The notes under the pieces: generated by a model
What the model saw: only the letters and a program-made list of their open reading frames with translations
Database searches by the model: none
What the model was told of the DNA's origin: nothing
Source: Octopus bimaculoides
Lineage: Eukaryota
Length of the DNA stretch: 55,024 bases
Assembly (NCBI RefSeq): GCF_001194135.2
Contig: NC_068988.1
Span: 77,817,957-77,872,980 of the forward strand
Direction: 5' to 3'
Program-made: the position numbers and the translations under genes
Shown here: piece after piece, positions 38,219 through 49,980 of the stretch
Layout: each line of letters starts with the position of its first letter
Position numbering within the stretch: position 1 is the first letter of the stretch

Positions 38219-38508
38219 NNNNNNNNNNNNNNNNNNNNNNNNNNNNNNNNNNNNNNNNNNNNNNNNNNNNNNNNNNNNNNNNNNNNNNNNNNNNNNNNNN
38301 NNNNNNNNNNNNNNNNNNNNNNNNNNNNNNNNNNNNNNNNNNNNNNNNNNNNNNNNNNNNNNNNNNNNNNNNNNNNNNNNNNNNNNNNNNNNNNNNNNGG
38401 AGGAGGAGGAGGAGGAGGGTGGTAAGAAGAAGAAGAAGAAGAAGAAGAAGGCTTAATGCTAGCTTGCCTGATTTCCTTAAGCATTCCTCATTGTTGTGGT
38501 GTTTCTGT

Positions 38509-39180
38509 GTTGCTTTCTATAGTTATTATTCAGTCCCAGACCAATCATGATCAAAAGGCATTCCAGCCATGACCATGTCATATCTTAATAAAACATTTCT
38601 TATTGAATACCCTGTCTGTGTCTTTCATTCAATTTCAAAAATAATCAGGAACTCAATTCTATTTACCTAGTGTTCCATTAATTACTCTATTAATCTGGTA
38701 TTTGAAGCATAAAGATGGGGTTAGGATTAGCAGAATCATTAGAGCATTGAACAAACCACTTTGTGATATTTATTCCAGCTCTCCACATCCTGAGTTCAAT
38801 TCCTGCTAAGGTCAACTTTGCTCCTAGTGGTCATGTTTGGAATGAATTGAATAGCAGCAATATTAACCACACCTCCTCCAAGTCACAACTTAATAACTTA
38901 AACAGAAAGAATGGTCACTCATGGAATGTCTTTGATCAAAGGTCTTGATCAGCTAAAATTGAGCTAGGGTTCAACAAAAACTGGAGAGAGTTTTGTGCTT
39001 CAAAACCAGCTAGAAATAACAGCTGTTTCTTTTTCAAATCATAGTCCTATGCTTTGAATTATTTAATCTTAGGTAGACTGTGTCAGAAAGAAAAGGACAG
39101 ATTGGTCACTGCCGCAATGTCTTGATCATAGGTCATGTTTAATCAAGGCTGACCTGAGGGCCAAACAACAGCAACTGGTT
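38509..39180. mobile_element. Degenerate MITE-like family with inverted TGATCAAA-G-CATTCCA..TGACCAT arms
   Basis: Left-type arm 38509-38578; opposite-orientation arms at about 38910-38981 and 39095-39175; related arms at about 11380-11510. Confidence 0.4.
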
Positions 39181-40937
39181 ATTTCTTGACCTACTAGAAA
39201 TAACCAAATCTCTCTCAATTCCCTCCTGCCCCTCTCTCTCTCATTTAAATTTCACCCTCAATCTTAAGAAAAAAAAAAGGATGTCTCAGATAGACTCTCT
39301 GAATAACAAGAGCTGATGGTTATGGATTTGTAGGAATAGAGCTGAGTAAGAAGTAAATAACAACAGTGACCATCAGCTGTAAAATTAATTTTACAATTCA
39401 TTCATTAATTCCATATTTCCAATCCTCTGTGTTCAGATATTTCTTGTTATGTTTATTTATTGCAATACTTTCCTGGCATTGTGAGAAAAATGTTCATTAG
39501 AATTTCCTGTTAATTGTTAATGAACAATTATAAAAGAATGTTGCTCAACTCAGCTGCACCTGAAATCACCTTGTCAAGTTACTAATTTTCCAATGACGCT
39601 ATATTTTGTCAAACCAAAATACCACAAGGTATTATCAACCATGACAAACTTTAGCCTCATTTATCATGGAAATTAATTAGCATTCTGTTAATCAGTTATT
39701 AAAGAGACTCTATGCTGTTGCTTGGACATCTATTTAGAAATAAACTTTACACCACCATCTGAAAAAAAAATGGATGAATAATACACTAAATAAGTTAGTG
39801 GTGAATAAATGAGGAAATATGGGGTAAGTCATCAATGGAGAGGTGGCAAAAAATAATAAAGATTTGATTCACAGAAATGATTAAAGAACAACCAGTAATC
39901 ATTATATTATTATATGATGATTGTTTGAAACAGATAACACCTTTCACTTGCAAAAGTTTTTGTTTCTTTTTTGTTTTATTTTTATTGTATTTCTACTGAA
40001 GTCATTAAAATAAAGAATACAAAATAGCAAAAAGGAAAGTAAAAGTGCTTGTGTTTGTATCGTTTCTGTTGTTGCTGTTGCTGCTGTGTTAAAGTATGTC
40101 TTTAAGAAAGCAATGCAAAACGGTATTATCAAGAAAACAGGAACACTCCTGTAACACAATAAACAGTTTTTATTAACAACAGATTCACTTTAACAGAAAA
40201 TACTTTTCTATTTTCTAATTAATGATGAAGCACCACTATCTTTTACAATTAAAAGATAGAACACATTTAATAATGTAGTATTCTATACAGAAGGGATGGC
40301 CTATAACTTCTATCATAGGCCTACACAGTCATAGCTGACTTGGGGTCAAATACAAACAGTAACAACTCCTGTACTTTCTCAGTTTCCTAATTCTTAACGT
40401 CNNNNNNNNNNNNNNNNNNNNNNNNNNNNNNNNNNNNNNNNNNNNNNNNNNNNNNNNNNNNNNNNNNNNNNNNNNNNNNNNNNNNNNNNNNNNNNNNNNN
40501 NNNNNNNNNNNNNNNNNNNNNNNNNNNNNNNNNNNNNNNNNNNNNNNNNNNNNNNNNNNNNNNNNNNNNNNNNNNNNNNNNNNNNNNNNNNNNNNNNNNN
40601 NNNNNNNNNNNNNNNNNNNNNNNNNNNNNNNNNNNNNNNNNNNNNNNNNNNNNNNNNNNNNNNNNNNNNNNNNNNNNNNNNNNNNNNNNNNNNNNNNNNN
40701 NNNNNNNNNNNNNNNNNNNNNNNNNNNNNNNNNNNNNNNNNNNNNNNNNNNNNNNNNNNNNNNNNNNNNNNNNNNNNNNNNNNNNNNNNNNNNNNNNNNN
40801 NNNNNNNNNNNNNNNNNNNNNNNNNNNNNNNNNNNNNNNNNNNNNNNNNNNNNNNNNNNNNNNNNNNNNNNNNNNNNNNNNNNNNNNNNNNNNNNNNNNN
40901 NNNNNNNNNNNNNNNNNNNNNNNNNNNNNNNNNGAAG

Positions 40938-40969
<32 letters not shown>

Positions 40970-41407
40970 TTTTAGCATTTTCTACCTTGACTTTTTTTTC
41001 CAGATAGATAGATAGATAAACAGACAGACAGACAGACAGACAGACAGATGGCAATTCATCATGACCAAAGACTATGATGGCAGTTTAGCATGTCCAAAGA
41101 CCACGAAAAACAAAGACCACCTGCTTATATATGTGGAGTTGAGAATATGACTACAGACACCATCCAATATTTGTCATTTTTATTACTTTTTCTTCAACGA
41201 AAGGTTTGTCTTCCCACCTACACTTAGTGTATTTAAAGCAAGAATCAGTGGCAAAATCTGACCCACTTTTTAGATTTCAATGTCTGACCATGGTTGCCCA
41301 GCAGGCTAAGATGGGGCTTAGTGACCAGCAAGCTGGCCATACATACATACATATGTAAGATTCATATGCATACATATGCATACACATACGCATAAATATA
41401 GGTGTAT

Positions 41408-41438
<31 letters not shown>

Positions 41439-42064
41439 TGCACACACACATACATGCACACACACATATATGCACACACACATACATGCACACACACATA
41501 CATGCACACACACATACATGCACACACACACATATATACCCACACACACGCACATATAGTCTGGAGAACGTTTGTGTTTACAAGTAATGAAAAAGTACTC
41601 AATTTATAATCAACAGTTTATATATTTTATAAGAAATTAGAATTTTGTGAATTCTTATTCTGTCAATTTAAATGATCCAAAAAGGGATCTTGTGTAACAA
41701 TGTAAGAGCAAAAATATTCATAAGCACATCAAAATATGATAAGTCATCAAAAGTTGATGGGTTGCCAAATAATTTTAGAAAATTAGCCAACTATTTGATT
41801 GACATATATGGGACTCATCATATATTCAGCTATTCCTATGCAAAAACACAATTTTCATGTCTCAGTATCATATGTGTAAAATGCACAAAACGGAACAAAG
41901 TGTTTTTTATTAATTCAATTTTAGTGTTTAAGAATAACTGAATGGTTTTCTTTCTGAGACATGACTTTATTTCAGTCTACAGGAAATCTGTTTTGTGAGA
42001 AATAAGTTATTGTAGCTAGATTGCCATAGTAACAAAGCTAAAGCATGCAGAGTGAAGCTGCTTT

Positions 42065-42830
42065 GCACAGATTGATCTTGAACTCTGCTGTGCATGCACA
42101 CTAAGTTTTAACATTCTAGCTCACTTCCATTGTTTACAGCAGTGCTGGAAAGGAACGTGTGTAGTGTGTGATCATCGCAAGCTTGGTGATACCTGCTCAG
42201 AGGCCTATGCAAAGTTGCAGAAAGTGTATGAATCGAAAAAATGTTGATAGCGACGAACGTTCTATGAGACCTGCAGCCGAAAGAACTGAGAAAAACATCG
42301 TAGATGTGCATGCAGCTGTGAGAGGAAATTGTTGAATCACCATCTATGAGTTACCTGAAGATGTTCAGATTAGTTATGGTTCAGTTCAGTCCATTATCAT
42401 TGAAGATTTAGGTATGAGATGCATGTCTACTAAGTTTGTGCCAAAACTGCTTTCAGCTGACAATGCACCTACTTGTTCAGGGCAGCTTGTGCAGCAGTTT
42501 CTGGCTAAGCACAGCATTCCCCAGGTCCGACAGCCACCATATTCCCCAGATCTCGTTCCATGCAACTTTTTCCTCTTTCCAAAAATCAAATCCCACTTGA
42601 AAGGAAGAAGATTTCAGGATCTTGAGGAAATCAAAGTGAATGTGACAAGGCAGCTGTTGATTATCCCGGAAAACAAGTTCCAGGAATGCTTCCATCAATA
42701 GAAACAGTGCTGGATTAAGTGTGTGGCTTCCAAAGGAGACTACTTTGAAAGAGATTAAATGCCAAATTGGTACACGTAGTTTTGTTTTGCTTTTATAGTA
42801 CCTGTCCAGATAGTTATTGACTGGCCAGGT
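42065..42830 (+). mobile_element. Internally deleted mariner (DD34D lineage)
   Basis: 'DERSMRP..EDLGMRCMSTKFVPKLLSA|DNAP..QPPYSPDLVPCNFFLFPKIK..KGDYFE'; spacing 34, last D mutated to N; a 3' TIR-like end at about 42800-42830; no left TIR seen. Confidence 0.85.
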
Positions 42831-42999
42831 AACCTTGTATTTCCTCTGGCCAAGTAACTTTGCACTTCCTCTACAGCAAGACACTGTATCTGTCTCACTA
42901 TAACCTTTCCCTCATACAACACAAGATCACCTCCTCTAATGCCTCCTCCCCTCTTGAATTTTTTTTTTTGTTTTGCAAGTAGTTGGTGACCCTGTCAGC

Positions 43000-43305
43000 A
43001 CAGGTGCCACTTAAAAGCACCCAGTCCATACTGTAAAGTGGTTGATGTTCAGAGGAACATCCAGCTGTAAAAGCATTGCCAAAACTGACTTTCCCTGTGC
43101 TTATACCATGTAAAAAGAACTACTCATCTCACCTGTTCTTGTGGCATATAAAAAGCACTAAACCCACTCAGGTGAGTGGTTGGTGTTAGGAAGGGTATCC
43201 AGCTGTAATAATCCTGCCAAAACACCCTGGTGCAGACATCTGCCTGGCTGTCTCTTGTGAAACCGTACCACTCATGCTAGCATGGAAGGCAGATATTAAA
43301 TGACA
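43000..43305 (+). mobile_element. Degenerate RTE 3'-UTR/tail repeat
   Basis: GTGGTTGGTGTTAGGAAGGGTATCCAGCTGTA...CATGCTAGCATGGAAGGCAGATATTAAATGA. Confidence 0.7.
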
Positions 43306-43389
43306 CATATATATATCAAATTATTATAAACAGCAGTTTGCAATGTTTCACCAAAAAGGAGAATTACAAAAGTCACTTAATTCAATTTG

Positions 43390-44140
43390 CCTCAAGTATT
43401 CTCTTGTCTTTATTTCCAGATTCAAGTTCAATTGCCTTCATCTTTTTGCCACTTGGCATACTTATACCTTCTGTTCTGACAAGCTTTCCTCTTCACATCA
43501 CTATCACAGCACATTTTGAAAGTCCAAACTCCATCCTGATATCATTTGATAAAATACACACAGAATGAACTAGGCTGTCCAGTTCTACTTCACTTTTTGT
43601 GAACAACTTCAAATTATCCATAAATAGTTTTACCAGATCATAGCCCAAGTTTATCTTCTACAATATTTCACTCAATGAAATCATTCCCAGCACAAAGATC
43701 AATGGGGTTAAATTGTCCCCATGGAAGATTTCTCTGTGTTTTATGAAACTCCATACATTTTCATAGTTCTTGTTATCCATGAGTGTGGTATCATATTATA
43801 TGCGTCACAATAATCAATCAATTCCAGGCTCAGATTTGTGTGCCTCCTCTTGAAGTTTCTGATGATTAGCTTATTAATTGATACCTGATTTTTCATTCCT
43901 TGGCCCCTTTTGATTAGTAGCAGCCCACTTTTTCCTAGGTGTCCATACAACTCACCTGCCAAAATAATTGTCAGCAGTTTCCACATTAGCAGAAGTCATG
44001 CTATCGGTTGGATACAATGTTACCCTTTTTAAGACCCTTGACACATACCATATATGCCGGCATATTATACAACTGGTTCTACAAGACAACCTCCAGGATT
44101 TCCATTTAAAAAGTGGGTTTTGACCTATACTTGCTGTATA
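43390..44140 (-). mobile_element. R4/Dong-type (RLE-class) non-LTR RT fragment
   Basis: 'MWKLLTIILAGELY..KNQVSINKLI.RNFKRRHTNLS..IDY..AYNMIPHSWI' and 'IFHGDNLTPLIFVL..LFMDNLKLFTKS..DIRMEFGLSKCA'; internal deletions. Confidence 0.8.
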
Positions 44141-44294
44141 AGACTATCCCAAGTTTTCTTGGAAAATAGCTCAAGCACTGAAGGCATGAAGTTCGTAGCT
44201 AAAGTTGTCGAGTGACTCTGTTGTTTATTTTCTGAAATTATGTATCCATTTTGACGCAGCTGACAATTATGTATCCATTTTGACACTGCTACAT

Positions 44295-44600
44295 GCTTCT
44301 CTATGAAGTGCCTCCTCTCATTGCACATATCGTTGCCAGTGCCCCTGGACTGGCTTGTGCGGGTGGCACATAAAAGACACCATTTCGAGCGTGGCCGTTT
44401 TTGTGCGGGTGACACGTAAAAGCACCCACTACACTCTCTGAGTGGTTGGCGTTAGGAAGGGCATCCAGCTGTAGAAACTCTGCCAAATCAGACTGGAGCC
44501 TGGTGTTGCCATCCGGTTTCACCAGTCCTCAGTCAAATCGTCCAACCCATGCTAGCATGGAAAGCGGACGTTAAACGATGATGATGATGATGATGATGAT
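44295..44600 (+). mobile_element. Well-preserved RTE 3'-UTR/tail copy
   Basis: Closely matches the reverse complement of 27341-27600 and ends GGACGTTAAACGATGATGATG; the tail is identical by eye to the piece at 49064-49127. Confidence 0.85.
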
Positions 44601-45511
44601 GTATATTCCTTAATAAGTCTTCCTTTAATCTCCAAACTCATACCATCTTCTCAGTTACACCGTATTCTTTCACAGTAGCACAGTTGTGGGACTTGGCATA
44701 TGCTACCACTTTCAGCTTAAAAGCAGCTTCATGTTTCCTTCATTTATCACTTGGAGACATTAAGGGGTTTTACAGTTGTTGGGAATTAATGTTCACTCAG
44801 TGAGAGTACTACTGCTTATGAAAGAGTGACAACTTGAGCCTTTTCAAGAAACCCTGTCTATAAATGTTTAAAAGTAACTGGTAACTGTAAGGTTTATCGT
44901 GATTGGTCTGACTGATATGAAATGGACAGTTACAGAATGTACCAGTACATACTGCTAATCTGCCGTAACAGGTAGGTTAATTACTATAAACTGCACTTGC
45001 CTTGAAAACTCTTACACAAGTGTAAACAGAATGGACCCTGGGATTGGGCTAAATGGGCTGATTGTTTACATTTTCTGTTCATCAGTTATTGCAAATGGTG
45101 ACTAGTGTCTGTCTGCTAAGTTTGCTGTGCTGTTATCTTAATATAATCTTACTATTAATCCAGCTTCCCAAACATACGCGTGAGTATCAGTAGAAAATAC
45201 TGAGTTGTAGAACCATAGGATCTATGTGAGTATTTTATGGTGTTCTCCATTGAGATCAGTACTACTCTAAACCACAGGAACTTATGATTCGGATTTTATA
45301 CAGAGTGTATAAGATAACCCCTAGTGTGTCTCTGTTAGCAAGGGGCGTTGGGTTAGGGTTGGGGTTTGTTCTATTTGTTTGATGGTTGTTTGGTTGTTCA
45401 TGGAGCACCTCAGATTTAATTATCCCTTAGTTGCTTAAACAATTCTAGCCTATCACTTGAATGTTTAAACAATCCTAACTGATACCTATATACATATATA
45501 TATATACATAT

Positions 45512-45720
45512 GGGAGAATTTACGAAAAAAAACAACAACAGACGAGGACAGGTGGTGTAAACAACAAAAGAATGTATTAGTTTAACACTCAGGAATAGAG
45601 AAAGTCTTTAACATTTCGAGCTATGCTCTTCAACTGAAAGGAACACAGAAAGAAATAAGGAGAAAAACAAGGATAAAAAAAACTTGACTAAGGGTGTGAA
45701 TAACACTTACATTGCTAGAA
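45512..45720 (-). mobile_element. Probable Penelope terminal-repeat relic with a degenerate hammerhead
   Basis: Minus strand CUUU-CAGUUGA-A-GAGC-AUA-GCUC-GAAAUGUU-AAAG at 45606-45640. Confidence 0.45.
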
Positions 45721-46100
45721 ATAGAAGCTAAAATGCTCCAATGTTGTTACAAACCACATAACATATATGGTGTTCGGGGTGATCGAATTCCCTATCAGAA
45801 TATATATTATGTACTTTATAACAGCTTTGGACCATTTTAGCTCTTATTTCAAACGATGTAGGTGTCTTGACACCCTTAGTCAAGTTTAGTTGATGGCTAT
45901 AGTTTTCCTTTACAGAATAACATTGCAAACAGCTGTTTTTATTAATTGTATATATACATATATATATAGTTAATAAACATAATAGGGTAAAAAATTTGAT
46001 ATTAATTAATATCAATTTAATACCAGGAAACCAGCACATTAAAAGAATCAGAAGATTCAGAAAAAATTTTCTGAGATCTCAAAAGGATTATTGTACATGT

Positions 46101-46383
46101 GTATATAAAAGAGACCACTAAGTGGACTGTTAATGTGCTAGAAGAAGATCACTTAAAAATTCTCAAAGAAAATTCAGCGGAGCAAAACAGGCGGGTGAGA
46201 CTAATGAAAATTATAAATACTTTCGTTAAGAAAGTGTTGATTTAGAAACCATGGTCTACAGATAACCTAGGTATTTATAATTTTCACTAGTCTCGCCTGC
46301 CTGTTTTGCTCCACTGAATTTTGTTTGAGAATTTTTAAGTAATCTTCTTCTAGCACATTAACAGTCCACTTAATGGTCTCTTT

Positions 46384-46390
<7 letters not shown>
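46101..46390. repeat. Foldback inverted repeat: 120-bp arms, 50-bp spacer
   Basis: 46101-46220 versus the reverse complement of 46271-46390: 8 mismatches in 120, no indels (counted by hand). Confidence 0.95.
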
Positions 46391-46450
<60 letters not shown>

Positions 46451-46455
46451 TTATA

Positions 46456-46957
46456 TCTGTAAATAATATTAATAGTATTTTATAAGCTTAAAGCTTATAT
46501 GCAATCACTGCACAATGACTAAAGAAAATAGTCTAATAATGGGGCATAGAAGCCTTCGACAGAAAAAGGTAGGTTTACCCGTATGTGTGGGGCTCATACC
46601 CAAACATCTTTGTTTATGTAACCAAGTGCACTACCATTACACCAATGCACAAGCCTGCTTTTTTCTGTCAGAATTAAGGTCTATAATTAATTGTTTTTGT
46701 AAACAAACTTTCATGTGCTTTTACTGTGATGGTTTTGTTAAGCAGCGTTGATATTTTACAATTCTGTGCATTGATGTAACAGTAGCACATTTGGTCATGT
46801 AAGCAAAGAGATGTGGGTTTGAGTCCCACACATACAGGAAAACCTACTTTTTTCTGTTGAAATAATATGCCCCAGTATTAGACTTTGTTCTTTAGTCATT
46901 GTGTGGTGATTGCTAATAAGCTTTAAACTTATAAATACTAATATTATCATTTACAGA
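46456..46957. repeat. Foldback inverted repeat: about 190-bp arms with divergent tRNA-like heads, about 115-bp spacer
   Basis: 46456-46651 versus 46766-46957, roughly 80% identical by eye; the inner ends carry A-box TGGTGTAATGG-like and B-box GGTTTGAGTCC-like motifs. Confidence 0.9.
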
Positions 46958-47001
46958 ATTGCAAAAATTGATGCTGCTTAACAAAACCATCGCAGTAATA
47001 C

Positions 47002-47097
<96 letters not shown>

Positions 47098-47197
47098 GTG
47101 TGTGTGTGTGTGTGTGTGTTTGTGTGTGTATATTATTGAGTTAAAAAACAAGGAGATCTAATGGATACAAATTAATTTATTAATTAATCAACATATT

Positions 47198-47300
47198 CAC
47201 CTACAATTGTTTCATTTCACAAATAAAACTGAAATTGCAAAACATATATAAATATATAATTTTGCATTTTAAATACTTTGTATAGAAAATCATCAGCGTG
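47198..47300 (-). ncRNA. Hammerhead-like motif with an extended stem II
   Basis: Minus strand CACG-CUGAUGA-UUUUC...GAAAU-GAAAC-AAUU-GUA-GGUG; core and GUA triplet intact, stems I and II imperfect. Confidence 0.5.
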
Positions 47301-47900
47301 TACAAAAGACAATAAAGATCACATTAAGATACGTTTGGAATACAGAGAATTTATAGATATGTTTACTATGTGTGTATGTATACATGTGTGTGTGTATGCA
47401 TGCATTAAAATTATTCCATTTATTTCAATTCAATAATAATCGTAACATTAACCATGAACATGGAGTTATTGCAATTTCAATTTATTTCACTTTTGTGCAT
47501 TCTATTTCATTTACTTTATTTCATTTTATTTATTTATTTATTATTTTTATATTTTTATTTTTATTTCTATTTCATTTTTATCTTATCATTACTTTATTTT
47601 TGCTCATATATAAATTAATCTATATTCCTAAAGAAGCAAATTAGAAAGGAACATATATACCAATACGCATGCATATTGATGTAAAAGCTATTGACATGCA
47701 TACTTGTTGTGTGTGTACATATATATATATACATATTCTTAAGCACATACACACACACGTATACAAACACGAGTATAAATTTTGTTTCACTTTTACTTTA
47801 TTTTATTCCATGAGCATAAATTTTATTTCACTTTTGCTTTCTTTTATTCATTATATTACCTTACCCATATATAATAACCCATCATTCATGATTAATGTTA

Positions 47901-48497
47901 TTATTACCTCCGACTTAGCAAAGACAGAGGTATTGTTTTCATTCATGTTTGTTTGTTTGTTTGTCCACGGACAAGATCTCAAGAACCGCTGGATAGATTT
48001 GGATGAAACTTTCAGGGATGTTTGGTCTTGTGACTGGAATGAAACTGATTAGATTTTGGGATCGATCCAGTATTAGACAAGGATTCTAGATTATTTGTTA
48101 TATTTACTTTACTCTACATGATTACAATCTTACATTAATTTTCAAGTCTTTCTCAATTATCTCCCTTTAGTCTGTAACTATTTTGAATTGTGAATTTGCT
48201 AACTTTGGTTTGTATTAGATAAGGATAAACTATTTATTACTGTTACTAAATTTCTACAGCCACCTTCACACTCCATGACTACTATTGGGATTGATCAGGT
48301 ACCAGACAAGGGTTCTGGATTATTTTTCCGGTTTTTTGCTTAATTTTTGAGAGAGGCCGAGTTCGTTTTAGTATTCTTGTTTGTGAGAGGAGTCAAGTTT
48401 ATTTCAGATATTCTCATTTTAAAATCATCTCTGGCTAATCATCGAGAAGACGTTGGTGTTACCCTGGTGAAGGTTTGTGCTCTCTGAGTGCTATTGT
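47901..48497 (+). mobile_element. Helentron-associated non-autonomous element (HINE/DINE-1-like)
   Basis: 5' TTATTACCTC...GAGGT hairpin, (GTTT)n, GGATAGATTTGGATGAAACT core and 3' GGTGAAGGTTTGTGCTCTCTGAGTGC end; the family assignment rests on recalled architecture. Confidence 0.5.
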
Positions 48498-48936
48498 TAT
48501 TATTGAAGTGAAATAAAAGGAATAATTTTAATGCATGCATGCACACACTACCGGACCTGAAGAGTGTCCTCATATTGGGTGGTATCTATTTTGTTCGATT
48601 CATTGTAGATTGACCAGATATTTCCTACTGTTATGGGGCCATGAAATATGTGTAGTCTTTCTCCCACTTTCGTTTCTTAAACATAACCAATTTTAATTGT
48701 TAGTTCAATATTTCATACATTTTATGTATTATAAATTCTCCCTCGGATTTCTTAGATTTTTAAACTAGTTTTGTATAGTACACTTTTCTTGTTGGTGTCT
48801 GATCTCCTTCTTCGTGCGAGTTGCACCATGGTGGTTCTTCTCTAAATTATTAAAATATTTTTCAATATACAACTCAATTTGATATTATCAAATTGTATTT
48901 CCTTGTAAGTTCGGATTTTGTAATTCCCTAACATTA

Positions 48937-48972
<36 letters not shown>

Positions 48973-49010
48973 TATGTGTATTACCGGCATAATGCCTCTC
49001 CCAAGGTTTA

Positions 49011-49053
<43 letters not shown>

Positions 49054-49214
49054 NNNNNNNNNNCTCAGTCAAATCGTCCAACCCATGCTAGCATGGAAAG
49101 CGGACGTTAAACGATGATGATGATGATATATATATATATATGTATGTATATATGTATGTATATATATATATATATATTATATATATATATATGTATATAT
49201 ATAATATATTTTTT

Positions 49215-49507
49215 GTAAGCCTAGTACTTATTCTATCGGTCTCTTTTTGCAAACTGCTAAGTTACGGGGACGTAAACACACCAGCATCGGTTGTCAGGCG
49301 ATGGTGGTGGGACAAACACAGACACATAAACACACATACAAATATATATACATATATAGGACGGGCTTCTTTCAGTTTTCGTCTACCAAATCCACTCACA
49401 AGGCTTTGGTTGGCCCGAGGCTATAGTGAAAGACACTTGCCCAAGGTGCCACTCAGTGGGACTGAACCCGGAATCATGTGGTTTGTAAGCAAGCTACTTA
49501 CCACACA

Positions 49508-49510
<3 letters not shown>
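49215..49510 (-). mobile_element. Composite tRNA-derived SINE
   Basis: Reverse complement of the 33945-34340 family. Confidence 0.85.
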
Positions 49511-49540
<30 letters not shown>

Positions 49541-49545
<5 letters not shown>

Positions 49546-49701
49546 GGCATGGCTGTGTAGTAAGTAGCTTCCTTACCAACCACATAGTTCCGGGTTCAGT
49601 CCCACTGTGTGGCACCTTGGGTAAGTGTTTTCTAGTATAAGCTGCAGACCAATTAAAGCCTTGTGATTGGATTTGGTAGACAGAAACTGATAGAATCCTG
49701 T

Positions 49702-49743
<42 letters not shown>

Positions 49744-49980
49744 TGTGTTTGTCCCCCACNNNNNNNNNNGTGTGTGTGTGTGTGTGTGTGTGTCTGTGTT
49801 TGTCCCCCACCATCGCTTGACAACCGATGTTGGTGTATTTAGGTCCTTGTAACTTAGCGGTTCAGCAATAGTTACCAATAGAATAAGTACTAAGTTTACA
49901 AAGTATAAGTCTTGGAGTTGATTTGTAGTACTAAAGGCAGTGCTCCAGCATGACCACAGTCAAATGACTGAAACAAATAA
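49541..49980 (+). mobile_element. Composite tRNA-derived SINE
   Basis: Head GCACAGGCATGGCTGTGTAG..., 3' module ending AAATGACTGAAACAAATAAA. Confidence 0.85.

Noticed and set aside
39300-40330. Repeat-poor stretch rich in TAAT/CAGCTG motifs, a possible enhancer
   Set aside because: Such motifs are expected in AT-rich DNA; cross-species alignment is required.
41672-41941. 89-aa non-repetitive ORF (MIQKGILCNNVRAK...)
   Set aside because: No recognisable homology or motif; AT-rich codons; unsupported.
45996-46015. Perfect 20-bp palindrome TTGATATTAATTAATATCAA
   Set aside because: Low-complexity AT sequence; such palindromes arise readily by slippage.
48600-48940. Minus-strand peptide fragments that look like a LINE C-terminus (similar case at about 54050-54450, plus strand)
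   Set aside because: Too degraded to assign a family or boundaries by eye.
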